A DNA stretch of 51,884 nt from positions 1 through 51,884 of IMG/VR virus record IMGVR_UViG_3300011444_000001; one strand, written 5' to 3'. Source of the stretch: a virus. Taxonomy: Duplodnaviria; Caudoviricetes. The position numbers were made by a program, and so were the translations under genes. Under the pieces are notes generated by a model. It was given only the letters and a program-made list of their open reading frames with translations. It was not told where the DNA came from and ran no database searches. Each line of letters starts with the position of its first letter. Position 1 is the stretch's first letter. Positions 25,597 through 34,098 of the stretch are shown here, one piece after another.

Positions 25597-25924
25597 GTAC
25601 CTGCGGATGGTGCGCGATCACTACGCCCAGGCGAAGGAAGACTTCTTCGTTCGGAATGGTACTGCGCATTGGGTTCCACCTCACATCATGCGTGGCATGG
25701 ACCGCTACGTATTGATGCGAGTACAGCCCGGCAGTTTCCTCACAGCTGTGTTGGAGAATGATATGAAGGGTGCTGTGTTGAATGCCGACGAACAAGCCTT
25801 GACAAATCTGCACGCTGTGGTTATATTCGTGGTCAACGTGCTACCCGCAGACATCCAGGGTTCCCAAGACAAGGTCAACGCTTGGCTCGCAGGGGGCAAT
25901 GACGCAACGAGCAACGGTACGTAA
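25553..25924 (+). CDS. Conserved phage hypothetical protein
   Basis: PGSFLTAVLEND...AD...GS motif. Confidence 0.6.
   Translation: MRIMPSSSQSSLNPEYLRMVRDHYAQAKEDFFVRNGTAHWVPPHIMRGMDRYVLMRVQPGSFLTAVLENDMKGAVLNADEQALTNLHAVVIFVVNVLPADIQGSQDKVNAWLAGGNDATSNGT
25799..25827 (+). promoter_or_regulatory. sigma70-type promoter inside a CDS, upstream of the RHH-like gene
   Basis: TTGACA-17 nt-TATATT. Confidence 0.65.
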
Positions 25925-26123
25925 GACCGTAGAGTTGACTGAGGACAACGTCACTTGGTTCTACGATACCTACGGCGAGATCAGTAACAACGCATCGCTA
26001 TCGTGGATGCTTGACCTGATGCTCGAACAGTTCAGGAAGGCGCACGATAAGACACCGGCTGAACTCGCGGCCATAGGCGCGGCTGAGTTGAAGAAACTCT
26101 TAGCTGAAAGAGGGGCAGCATGA
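25899..26123 (+). CDS. Putative ribbon-helix-helix DNA-binding protein
   Basis: RKTVELTED strand followed by two helices (SLSWMLDLMLEQF). Confidence 0.5.
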   Translation: MTQRATVRKTVELTEDNVTWFYDTYGEISNNASLSWMLDLMLEQFRKAHDKTPAELAAIGAAELKKLLAERGAA

Positions 26124-26326
26124 AGATGATTCCGTTCCCAGAGCGCGGCGATGCCGTCATCTTTGAGTCCGATGATGGTAAGGGGATCGTCGTCGTCGAT
26201 GCTGAAAACTTTGTTATGTGTGCTGACGACGGTGCGTCATTTCAGTTGTCCGTCGCGCACGATGACATAGTTGAACCAGACATCGAAGTAAGGTGGGATG
26301 TAGAGAAGAAGGTGTGGAGTGCATGA
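26120..26326 (+). CDS. Small acidic hypothetical protein
   Basis: ATGA-coupled ORF. Confidence 0.5.
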   Translation: MKMIPFPERGDAVIFESDDGKGIVVVDAENFVMCADDGASFQLSVAHDDIVEPDIEVRWDVEKKVWSA

Positions 26327-26713
26327 TCCCTCCTTCAATGGCGAAGCGGATCGTTATTCGTTTCGAGAGAGCAGTCCACGTCCGCGCATGTGCCCTTGCG
26401 GTCGGTCAGTCGGCTCATGCCATCACGTTCGAGTATCGCCAGTCAAAGCGCGAGCTACTAAACCTCATCCATCTCCTAAGCACAGGGGAAAATCCAGACA
26501 ACAGCTTGGAGGACAAGGTAACCTCGACGCCGCTCTTCGGGCCAACCCCATCGGTTGGGACGGCATCATCCGAACCAAAAAATCCGAGCCCTAGATGATA
26601 GTCAAGTGCTCGTTCGCTATGGAGCTTATCAAAGCTTACAACGCCATCTGGACTGAACTCTACATCAGCCCGGAACTCAACTTCGTGCGTTGGAGAAAGT
26701 CGGAGGTCTGGCA

Positions 26714-27721
26714 ATGACCGTAGCTCTCTCAGTACCTGTCCCGCAAGAGATCCGTGTCCATACAAACGTCCGCTTCATGAAGAAGTTTAAGCGGTACGAG
26801 CCGATGGTCATGGATCACTCCGCAATTATCCAAGCCAAGATGTGTAAGCGGAAGTACTTCTACCGCATCGTGCTTGGCTTCGCATCTCGCGAGCGCCCAC
26901 AGTACTTCGGGTTCGGTTCGTGCTATCACAAGTTCAGGGAAATCCTCGAAAAGAAATGGATGGAGGATGACCGCCTCCATAACCAGAAAGTAGACGACGA
27001 TAAGTGGCAGCAGGAAATCTGCCTCGTAGCTGTCAACGCCGCGCGCAAGCTTTGGAAAGACTTGAAGATGCGCGATCCGGTTGTCGGAGACAAGTGGGAC
27101 TTCCAAACCGAAGCCCGACTCGTCGCCTCCTGCATGGCTGCATTCAGAACATGGCAGAAGGAGAAGAAACAGAACAGGATCGAGGTCATCGCCGTTGAAC
27201 AGAATTTCGTCGTCAGACTTCCTGACGGTGAATATGTCGGAGGCAAGGCCGACCAGATCATTCGCTGGAACCAGAAGACTTGGGGGAGAGACTGGAAAAC
27301 TTCCTCTAAGGAACAGAACGCATATTACACACGTGGCCTTGATCCAAACGATCAGTTCACTCGGTATACCTACGGTGAACAGCAGCTTTGCGGTGAACCA
27401 GTACAGGGCCAGCTGGTGGAAGTCTTGTATAACGCGAAGGGAACGAAGGCGGAACCTGTTAAGGGTCCGACGATTCACCAACACATGGCAACGCGCTCGC
27501 AGTCCCAGCTTGCACAGTGGGAGAAAGAACACGTCACCTATAACAAGATGTTACAACTCCTTCGTGACGAGGACAGCTGGCCGATGGAGGAAAGGAGCTG
27601 TACCTTCTGTGAATACCACTCGGTTTGTAAAGGGTCGAGCGAAGCCTCACAGATGGCGAAGCTTGAAGCGGAGTTCGTGGTTCAGCCGTGGAACTTCCTT
27701 AATCGGGAAGTGGATGATTAA
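26714..27721 (+). CDS. PD-(D/E)XK exonuclease, Cas4/RecB-like, with Fe-S cysteines
   Basis: CKRKYFY, GKAD...DWKT, C-terminal CTFCEYHSVC; GGAGG RBS. Confidence 0.85.
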   Translation: MTVALSVPVPQEIRVHTNVRFMKKFKRYEPMVMDHSAIIQAKMCKRKYFYRIVLGFASRERPQYFGFGSCYHKFREILEKKWMEDDRLHNQKVDDDKWQQEICLVAVNAARKLWKDLKMRDPVVGDKWDFQTEARLVASCMAAFRTWQKEKKQNRIEVIAVEQNFVVRLPDGEYVGGKADQIIRWNQKTWGRDWKTSSKEQNAYYTRGLDPNDQFTRYTYGEQQLCGEPVQGQLVEVLYNAKGTKAEPVKGPTIHQHMATRSQSQLAQWEKEHVTYNKMLQLLRDEDSWPMEERSCTFCEYHSVCKGSSEASQMAKLEAEFVVQPWNFLNREVDD

Positions 27722-27978
27722 TGTCTTGCGAGTACTGTGGTAAGGCGCTCGCGAAGGAAAAGAAACGTCGAGGTCCTCCTCGTCGCTATCACGATAAATG
27801 TTTGCACGAGAAGCACAGGCTCATGTGTGCTGATCAGTATAAAGAGAATCGTAAGAAGCGTCTGAAGTATGCACGGGCCGCTTATAAGAAGAACCCAAAG
27901 CTTTTCAACAGCCGCTCTGCTCGCTATTACGAGGAGAACAGAGAGAAGGTACTGAAACAACAAAGAAAAAGGAGGTAG
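27721..27978 (+). CDS. Basic Zn-finger protein
   Basis: CEYC...HDKC; K/R-rich. Confidence 0.5.
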   Translation: MSCEYCGKALAKEKKRRGPPRRYHDKCLHEKHRLMCADQYKENRKKRLKYARAAYKKNPKLFNSRSARYYEENREKVLKQQRKRR

Positions 27979-27980
27979 CC

Positions 27981-28346
27981 GTGCCGCCTGTTCGCCCAGC
28001 AACAGTAGTAATGATCGCGTTCGCCACAGGCTCCATCACGATCCAATGTCGCAAGACAAAGGCCGAGGTGAAGGCGATCATGAACGTGCGAGAAGAGGAG
28101 GGATACCTCACGAAGGATGAACAAGGTCAGCCAATGACACGCTGGCTCGCAACTCGCGTCACCATTCCTTCCATCAGCGAGACTGATGTGAAACATGATC
28201 CTCGGGAGACGACCATCGCTTACAGGCTAACAAACGAGGAGATCGAGTTCCGTCGTAAGGACGTGACCTTCTGGAGTGTGAGCGAAGCTGTTGACCCACC
28301 GCTCATCCAGGAAGTCCGCCCCGGCATAGCAGTTCTCGGGAGGTAG
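27981..28346 (+). CDS. Hypothetical protein
   Basis: AGGAGG RBS. Confidence 0.55.
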   Translation: MPPVRPATVVMIAFATGSITIQCRKTKAEVKAIMNVREEEGYLTKDEQGQPMTRWLATRVTIPSISETDVKHDPRETTIAYRLTNEEIEFRRKDVTFWSVSEAVDPPLIQEVRPGIAVLGR

Positions 28347-28347
28347 T

Positions 28348-29325
28348 ATGAACACCATACTGAAGCCAGGGGATCTCAAGAAGGCCCAAGATGTAGCGGG
28401 CTACGATCCCCTGAAGGACCCGAATGCGCCAGTCCAGTTTGAGTATCTCAATGAGACTCCACCCTACGAGTCTGTCATCATGTTGTATTATGGTGGCTCA
28501 GGGGTGGGAAAGACTGTGTTTGTCGGTTCCGCAGGACCACGCACTCTGATCATCAACATCGGTCAGGGTGAGGTGGTGCTCAAGACTCCGTGGGCACGTA
28601 ACCGCTTTTACAAGAGTGGTTTCCCCATCATCGCAACGATCAACGAGGAGAAAGACCCTAAGACTGGCTACTTCATTGCTGCTGATGCGTTCGACAAGGT
28701 GAAGGACGCAATCGAGTGGGGACTAGATAAGTTCCCAGATCGGTTCGACACCATCGCTGTAGACGATGCAACGGCACTGAAGGCGTTCGCGATGAACAAG
28801 GGTCTTGAGTTGAACGAGGACTTCAATCGTTCTCGAACGCTCGCGATGTCCAAGACGGAGAAGAGTCAGGGAGCATACGTGCCTGCAGTGCAGGACTACG
28901 GAGCGGAGATGGACCTGATCGACGATTTCATGGACAGCACGAAGCGCATCTGTCGAGCGGAGAAGAAGCACTTCATCATGACCGCTCACGAACGGTACAT
29001 CTACAAGAAGATGAAAGATCAGTCAGGTAAGGTCATCGGTGAAGAGGTTGACAAGGTTCGCCCCGGCTTCACCGGCAAGACTTTCCCCGACGAGATCACC
29101 GCCCACTTCGATCTGGTGTGGCACGCTGAAGTCGTGCGCACCACGCAAGGTGCGATCTACCGCTGTCACACAGAGGACAGCATGGGGATCAAGGCGAAGT
29201 CTCGCTATCCCGAAACGTTCAAGAATCCTCATCTCCACCCTGACTTTCTGAAGGTCGTCGCAACTATCAAGGCTGCGAACAACGCAGGGACGCTGCAAGA
29301 CACAGAGGCAGCGGCCAAGCAGTAA
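28348..29325 (+). CDS. AAA_24 / Sak4-like recombination ATPase
   Basis: GGSGVGKT, TIAVDDAT, QDYG, MTAHE and HFDLV motifs. Confidence 0.85.
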   Translation: MNTILKPGDLKKAQDVAGYDPLKDPNAPVQFEYLNETPPYESVIMLYYGGSGVGKTVFVGSAGPRTLIINIGQGEVVLKTPWARNRFYKSGFPIIATINEEKDPKTGYFIAADAFDKVKDAIEWGLDKFPDRFDTIAVDDATALKAFAMNKGLELNEDFNRSRTLAMSKTEKSQGAYVPAVQDYGAEMDLIDDFMDSTKRICRAEKKHFIMTAHERYIYKKMKDQSGKVIGEEVDKVRPGFTGKTFPDEITAHFDLVWHAEVVRTTQGAIYRCHTEDSMGIKAKSRYPETFKNPHLHPDFLKVVATIKAANNAGTLQDTEAAAKQ

Positions 29326-29349
29326 ACACTCAAACAGGAGCGTGCAAGT

Positions 29350-29841
29350 ATGTCGCGTTATAATCACGACCCCACGCAGGTCGTCGCAGCACTCGTCGTT
29401 CTCCCGAAGGATGACTACGAGTTCAAGGTGGGCAAGGGCAAGGCTTTCGAGAGGACTGCGAAGGCTGGCCACCAGAGCTACGGCGTCAGGTTCCCCATGA
29501 CCGTCGTGGGTGGACCGCAGAACGGGAAGAAGACGATGTACTCGCTCTATCTCCACTCGGATGGTGGCCAGCAGATGGCGAAGCGCTTCCAGCTCGCCTG
29601 CGCTGGGCAGACCACGAACGAGAAGAACGAGAAGATCTGGGACCAGAACAACGCCGGCAAGGACTTCTCCTACGATCCCGAGACGGGTGAGGTCGGAGAA
29701 GGGTGGAAGGAGTACGAGGGTGTCGGCGTCGTCTGCGATCTCGATGTCGAGATGCGGAAGGACGAGAAGGACAATGACTTCGAGTCTCAAGTCTGGGGTG
29801 TGTTCCGCCCACTCGAAGGTGCTGTCGCAGCGAGCGCGTAA
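29350..29841 (+). CDS. Putative single-stranded DNA-binding protein (DUF669-like)
   Basis: LPKDDYEFKV start; follows the Sak4-like gene; strong codon bias. Confidence 0.65.
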   Translation: MSRYNHDPTQVVAALVVLPKDDYEFKVGKGKAFERTAKAGHQSYGVRFPMTVVGGPQNGKKTMYSLYLHSDGGQQMAKRFQLACAGQTTNEKNEKIWDQNNAGKDFSYDPETGEVGEGWKEYEGVGVVCDLDVEMRKDEKDNDFESQVWGVFRPLEGAVAASA

Positions 29842-29842
29842 C

Positions 29843-30373
29843 ATGGGAGCGGGTACGTCAGTTCCATATCGTAATATCTGGCGTGCCCGCGTCCTTCGCT
29901 GGCGGATACTATTTCCAGATCCAAGATTCGTTAGAGGTGAGTACGACCCAACCAAAATACGCGCGACACCTTTACGGTGCCGGAAGTGCCACACAACTGA
30001 AGGTGTGACGAGGCATCATAAAGGTCATGAATACCTCTTCGCTTGCTTCATGCCTGAATGGTATGCGTCCCGCTATATTCGGTTTGCTCGTTCTGATTGG
30101 GTGCCTTTGTGTAGTGATCGTTGCCATGCTCGTATTCATGAGCTATATGCGCCGATCGTGGATGAAACTAAACTCTACTTCCAAGACTGTCTCAAGGAAG
30201 TTAGATACGATCCGGCAGATATAGATTGTGAGTATCCGATCTTCGTGTGGAGGCATTGCCCGGATCGTCGTGTTCTCGAGAGTTTTCGCAAGCGATTGAT
30301 AGCCAAATGCGACGCTTGGCTTGCGAGAGGAAATAAAAAATATCGTCGCGGAAAGTATAGGGATCACAGATGA
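29843..30373 (+). CDS. HNH-like endonuclease
   Basis: CRKC...TRHH...VPLCSDRCHARIH. Confidence 0.6.
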   Translation: MGAGTSVPYRNIWRARVLRWRILFPDPRFVRGEYDPTKIRATPLRCRKCHTTEGVTRHHKGHEYLFACFMPEWYASRYIRFARSDWVPLCSDRCHARIHELYAPIVDETKLYFQDCLKEVRYDPADIDCEYPIFVWRHCPDRRVLESFRKRLIAKCDAWLARGNKKYRRGKYRDHR

Positions 30374-30582
30374 AATGGCTTTACAAGGGCGCGTTGTCTC
30401 GAACCGATCTTGTGAACTTTTGTCAGGGTCGTGTGATCGAGAAAGTGTACTCCAACATCATAGTCGGTGCTGATGAGGACGAGCTTATGTATCCAGTCGT
30501 CTTCACCTTCGTCGGACTTGAACAAGCTGGAATCGGATTAGATACAATGGGCTCACCACACATCTTGGCTTACGTTAGATGA
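30370..30582 (+). CDS. Hypothetical protein
   Basis: ATGA-coupled ORF. Confidence 0.45.
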   Translation: MKWLYKGALSRTDLVNFCQGRVIEKVYSNIIVGADEDELMYPVVFTFVGLEQAGIGLDTMGSPHILAYVR

Positions 30583-30719
30583 GGGTAATACCACTGAATC
30601 CTCCGATCTGTCCTGCATGTAACGTGCCTTTTCCTTACGGCTTAGTTCCGTGTCCTGATGGCAGGCCCGGCTGCGCTGTCGCTCACTACGGCTGGCAGCC
30701 TTGTAAGTGTGGAATGACC

Positions 30720-30744
30720 GTCATCTTTACTGACTAAATACAAG
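30720..30744. promoter_or_regulatory. 25-bp dyad motif abutting the GroES-like gene RBS
   Basis: GTCATC TTTAC TGA CTAAA TACAAG followed by GGAG. Confidence 0.75.
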
Positions 30745-30754
30745 GGAGTCAACA

Positions 30755-31207
30755 GTGTTCCAGCTTTACGAGAACAAGGTCGCCATCATCCCGCTCTTCG
30801 ATCGTGATATGACCGCGAGCGGTCTCCTTTACATTCCAGAAATCGCGAAGGAGAGGTGCGACCAAGGAATCGTGAAGTACATCGGTCCACAATGTAAGTG
30901 GCTCAAGCCAGGGGACTACGTCCTGTTCTCCGGTTACGTGGGACAGGCGATCCACGACGAGCATGAAGGAACGCTCCTTATCTTTCGTGAGGAATTCGCT
31001 GCAGCTATCATCGCAGACGAGAGGGTAGATAGCACAGACATTCCCGGCCTCTATTTCAAGGGCAAAGACGGTGTCTTCTTTGAGGCCAACTACGAATACG
31101 CGATGGCCCTCATCGCCAAGGCATTACAGGAGTCCTCATGGAATGCAACTCTGAAGTCGAGGGAGCAGGAGATGCACCGTCCGATAGGAGCGGCGACGCA
31201 TAGATGA
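30755..31207 (+). CDS. groES: GroES-like co-chaperonin with a C-terminal extension
   Basis: TASGLLYIPEIAKER...GIVKYIGP...LKPGDYVLFSGYVG. Confidence 0.85.
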   Translation: MFQLYENKVAIIPLFDRDMTASGLLYIPEIAKERCDQGIVKYIGPQCKWLKPGDYVLFSGYVGQAIHDEHEGTLLIFREEFAAAIIADERVDSTDIPGLYFKGKDGVFFEANYEYAMALIAKALQESSWNATLKSREQEMHRPIGAATHR

Positions 31208-31506
31208 GCGTCTACGTCGATGATATGTACGCGGAGTTCAGTAACATGTTGATGTGTCACATGATTGCCGACACGCATAAGGAGCTGGTCGATATGGCCA
31301 GTAAGATCGGCGTGCAGTTGAAGTGGATACAGAAAGCAGGGACGCGCAGAGAGCATTTTGACATTGCCAAGTCCAAGCGAGCCTTGGCCGTTAAAGCGGG
31401 AGCCATCGAAATCACTTGGCTTGATTGTGGGAGACGAGAGCTGGAACGAAGGCACACGCCTGAAGATCAGTGGCAGCGTGAATACAACGAAAGAGAAGTA
31501 TCCTGA
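31204..31506 (+). CDS. DUF4031-family protein
   Basis: MSVYVDD...MCHMIADT..EL...IG...W.Q...HFDI. Confidence 0.8.
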   Translation: MSVYVDDMYAEFSNMLMCHMIADTHKELVDMASKIGVQLKWIQKAGTRREHFDIAKSKRALAVKAGAIEITWLDCGRRELERRHTPEDQWQREYNEREVS

Positions 31507-31580
31507 TGTGGTGTTCCAAGGAGGGCTGCAAGATAACTAGTCCTCACGATCATTACCCCGGCTTACGGGAGCTTTGGAAC

Positions 31581-31811
31581 ATGGAACAGCCAACGAAGAG
31601 AGAGCAGGACATACTCAAATCCTTCACGTACAACAAGTCTGAGCCGGCGGACTACGACAAGTACGTGTCTGTTGGACAAGCACTGGAGAACGCGGCACTT
31701 GAGATCATCAATACTGCTCCCGACTGCGCAGACAGAACCACGGCCCTTCGCTGTTTGCGTGAAGCTCGCATGTGGGCCAATGCTGCTATCAACTTGAAGG
31801 GACTCGTATAA
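31581..31811 (+). CDS. Acb2/Tad1-like helical hairpin, candidate immune-signal sponge
   Basis: FTY...APDCADRTTALRCLREARMWANAAI. Confidence 0.6.
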   Translation: MEQPTKREQDILKSFTYNKSEPADYDKYVSVGQALENAALEIINTAPDCADRTTALRCLREARMWANAAINLKGLV

Positions 31812-32254
31812 TGCCACCGAAAGACAAGGCCGAGACGCACGCGAGCGTGTACAAGGGCAAGCACAAGTACCAAGAGGTCGCGGAGTTCGTGTCCATCGCA
31901 ATGTCTGTCTGGGATCGTCAACACGGAATGATCTCCAATTCCTGGGACGCCCTCAACGCAACCGAGAAGGCTGCCGCCGTGCAGCGCGCCAAGGACTATG
32001 ACGAGGGCAAGCTCGCCAGCAAGGAGGAGAACGAGGACGATCGTGAGAAAATGGAGTTTACCCTCTACGATCTGCTCCTCGACTCGGGCATCGACGACAA
32101 GGAAGATGACATCATCAAGGAGTTGAACAAGTACCCGCAGGGCCAGACTCCTGCTGTTCCGGTGTCCTCCGATCCGAACGACAAGCCGCCAGCTCCGATC
32201 CTGCCCAGTACGGCAGGTGAAGGAACCGTCACCAAGCCGACAATCGTCAAGTGA
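31811..32254 (+). CDS. Acidic hypothetical protein
   Basis: TAATG coupling; strong codon bias. Confidence 0.6.
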   Translation: MPPKDKAETHASVYKGKHKYQEVAEFVSIAMSVWDRQHGMISNSWDALNATEKAAAVQRAKDYDEGKLASKEENEDDREKMEFTLYDLLLDSGIDDKEDDIIKELNKYPQGQTPAVPVSSDPNDKPPAPILPSTAGEGTVTKPTIVK

Positions 32255-33582
32255 TCATTCACGTTGATCGGGTCGAGGTCAGGGAGCGAATCCGCGAGGA
32301 ACTCGGTAAGGAAGAGACCGAGGAACTCATGGCTAGCTTCCTGGCCTTAGGCCAGTTACAACCAATCATCGTCCGTCCCGGAGACGATGGTAAGTTCATC
32401 CTAGTCGCAGGGGAGCGTCGTCTCGAAGGTGCGAGGCGGCTGGCCGAGAAGCAGCAGGGCATCAAGGGCTACGGTACTAACATGATCTGGGCCGAGCTTC
32501 GTGAGAGTCAACAGCCTCATGTCATGCTCCAGATCGAGTTCGATGAGAACATGAAGCGGAAGGACTTCACATATGTCGAGAAAGCGCGCTTCATCCGCAA
32601 GTTCCACGAGCAAATGCAAGCGACAGCGAAAGAAGGAGGAGGAGAGTGGACGGCAGAGCTTACGGCTGTTAGCCTCCGCCTTTCTCCAGCTTCCATTAGT
32701 CACTATCTTCGGATCGAAGATGCTATCAAAAACGATCCGGGAGTAGCAAAAGCACAGACGCTGACTGCCGCTGTCAAGCGGATGAAAACGAACGAGAAGC
32801 TGAAGAACAGGATGACGGAGGTGAAGGCACATGCGACCGAGGCATACAAGCAAGCCGAGGAATGCGCCCGACTCGGTGACGCACATGTACTCGTTAAAGA
32901 ACTGCCCGATTCCTCCGTGGATCTTGTTAACTTTGACCCCCCGTGGGGCGATGATACAGGACATAAGTCCAACCAAAACCACGAGGGTTTTGATGATGAT
33001 ACGGAGACCAGTGACAAGGTTATCAACGGTCTCCTGCCCGAACTGTTCCGTGTTCTTAAGCCTGATCGCTTTATCATCTTTTGGTACCGAGCCTGGGCTT
33101 ACACAGATATGTGCTCTCGTCTGGAGTCAGTGGGATTCTCGCTTAAATTTGGACGAACCCCCTGCATCTGGTTCAAGCCCGACAAGGTGAGCGATCAGAA
33201 CCGCTTTCCTGAGAAGATGCTCAATGACGTATACGAAACTTTCCTCATCGCTCGTAAGGGTGATCCCGTCTACCACCAACACGGAGGAGGGAAGAATGTT
33301 TTCCCCTATAATCGTGTGCCGGTGGCTGCGCTCATACACCCGACGGAGAAGCCTCTCGACCTGTGCGATGATCTTGTCAAGCTCTGTACTGTTCCGGGAG
33401 AACTCATACTCGACCCAACAGCAGGCTCTTTCTCTTTCATTCACTCCGCTCTGCGGAACGGACGTAAGGGGATGGGTTGGGAATTGAGCGAGACAAGCTA
33501 CAACCGTGGTGTCACTCGTATGGCTGAATACCTCAAGATTGAAAGGAAGGTGGAACTTGTCACTAACACAAGCGGAGCGTGA
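32251..33582 (+). CDS. ParB-like N-terminal domain + HTH fused to an amino-DNA methyltransferase (N6/N4, beta class)
   Basis: GQLQPIIV, LVAGERRL, ENMKRKD; HTH WTAELTAVSLRLSPASISHYL; DPPW, HPTEKP, LDPTAGS. Confidence 0.88.
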   Translation: MIIHVDRVEVRERIREELGKEETEELMASFLALGQLQPIIVRPGDDGKFILVAGERRLEGARRLAEKQQGIKGYGTNMIWAELRESQQPHVMLQIEFDENMKRKDFTYVEKARFIRKFHEQMQATAKEGGGEWTAELTAVSLRLSPASISHYLRIEDAIKNDPGVAKAQTLTAAVKRMKTNEKLKNRMTEVKAHATEAYKQAEECARLGDAHVLVKELPDSSVDLVNFDPPWGDDTGHKSNQNHEGFDDDTETSDKVINGLLPELFRVLKPDRFIIFWYRAWAYTDMCSRLESVGFSLKFGRTPCIWFKPDKVSDQNRFPEKMLNDVYETFLIARKGDPVYHQHGGGKNVFPYNRVPVAALIHPTEKPLDLCDDLVKLCTVPGELILDPTAGSFSFIHSALRNGRKGMGWELSETSYNRGVTRMAEYLKIERKVELVTNTSGA

Positions 33583-33732
33583 CTTCGTTCGCGCTGCACA
33601 AGCCGAGTCCGGGCTCCCGAGCACAATCAAGGACTGCATCATCTTCGCCCGGCTCACCGGCAAGTCGCCGGAAGAAGTCCTCCAGACTCGTAAGGACGTG
33701 AGCACCGCCGTCAACGAGGAGTACCCGAAGCT

Positions 33733-34098
33733 GTGAAGCTTCCGAAGATCAAGCTCCAAACGGTCAAGCTCCCGCCGATGAAATGGGAGCGCACGCGGTA
33801 CTTCGAAGGGATGCCGTGTCCCAAGTATATGGGTTACGCCTATCGTGACTTTAACCGAGACGTGATCGTGTACTGGACTGTACCGATCAATCTTATCATA
33901 GGCGCGTGGCGCTGGTTCATACAAAGAGTTCGTTTCGGCTTCGCCAACGGACTTGAGTTTCATGTCAGCACTGCGATCTTGCGTGAGCGGAATCGTTGTA
34001 TCGGTATTGTGGAGAAGCACTACATTTCTAATGCTGATCCGAGATACATTGATGCCCTCGAACAAGCCATGAACGAGATCGCGGGGCCGCGTAAGTGA
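33733..34098 (+). CDS. Hypothetical protein
   Basis: GTGA-coupled ORF. Confidence 0.5.
   Translation: MKLPKIKLQTVKLPPMKWERTRYFEGMPCPKYMGYAYRDFNRDVIVYWTVPINLIIGAWRWFIQRVRFGFANGLEFHVSTAILRERNRCIGIVEKHYISNADPRYIDALEQAMNEIAGPRK

Noticed and set aside
26714-27721. CRISPR-associated Cas4
   Set aside because: No cas genes or array are present; the Sak4-like and SSB neighbours indicate a recombination exonuclease
32251-33582. Plasmid-prophage partition system
   Set aside because: No ParA, Rep initiator, protelomerase or repressor is recognisable
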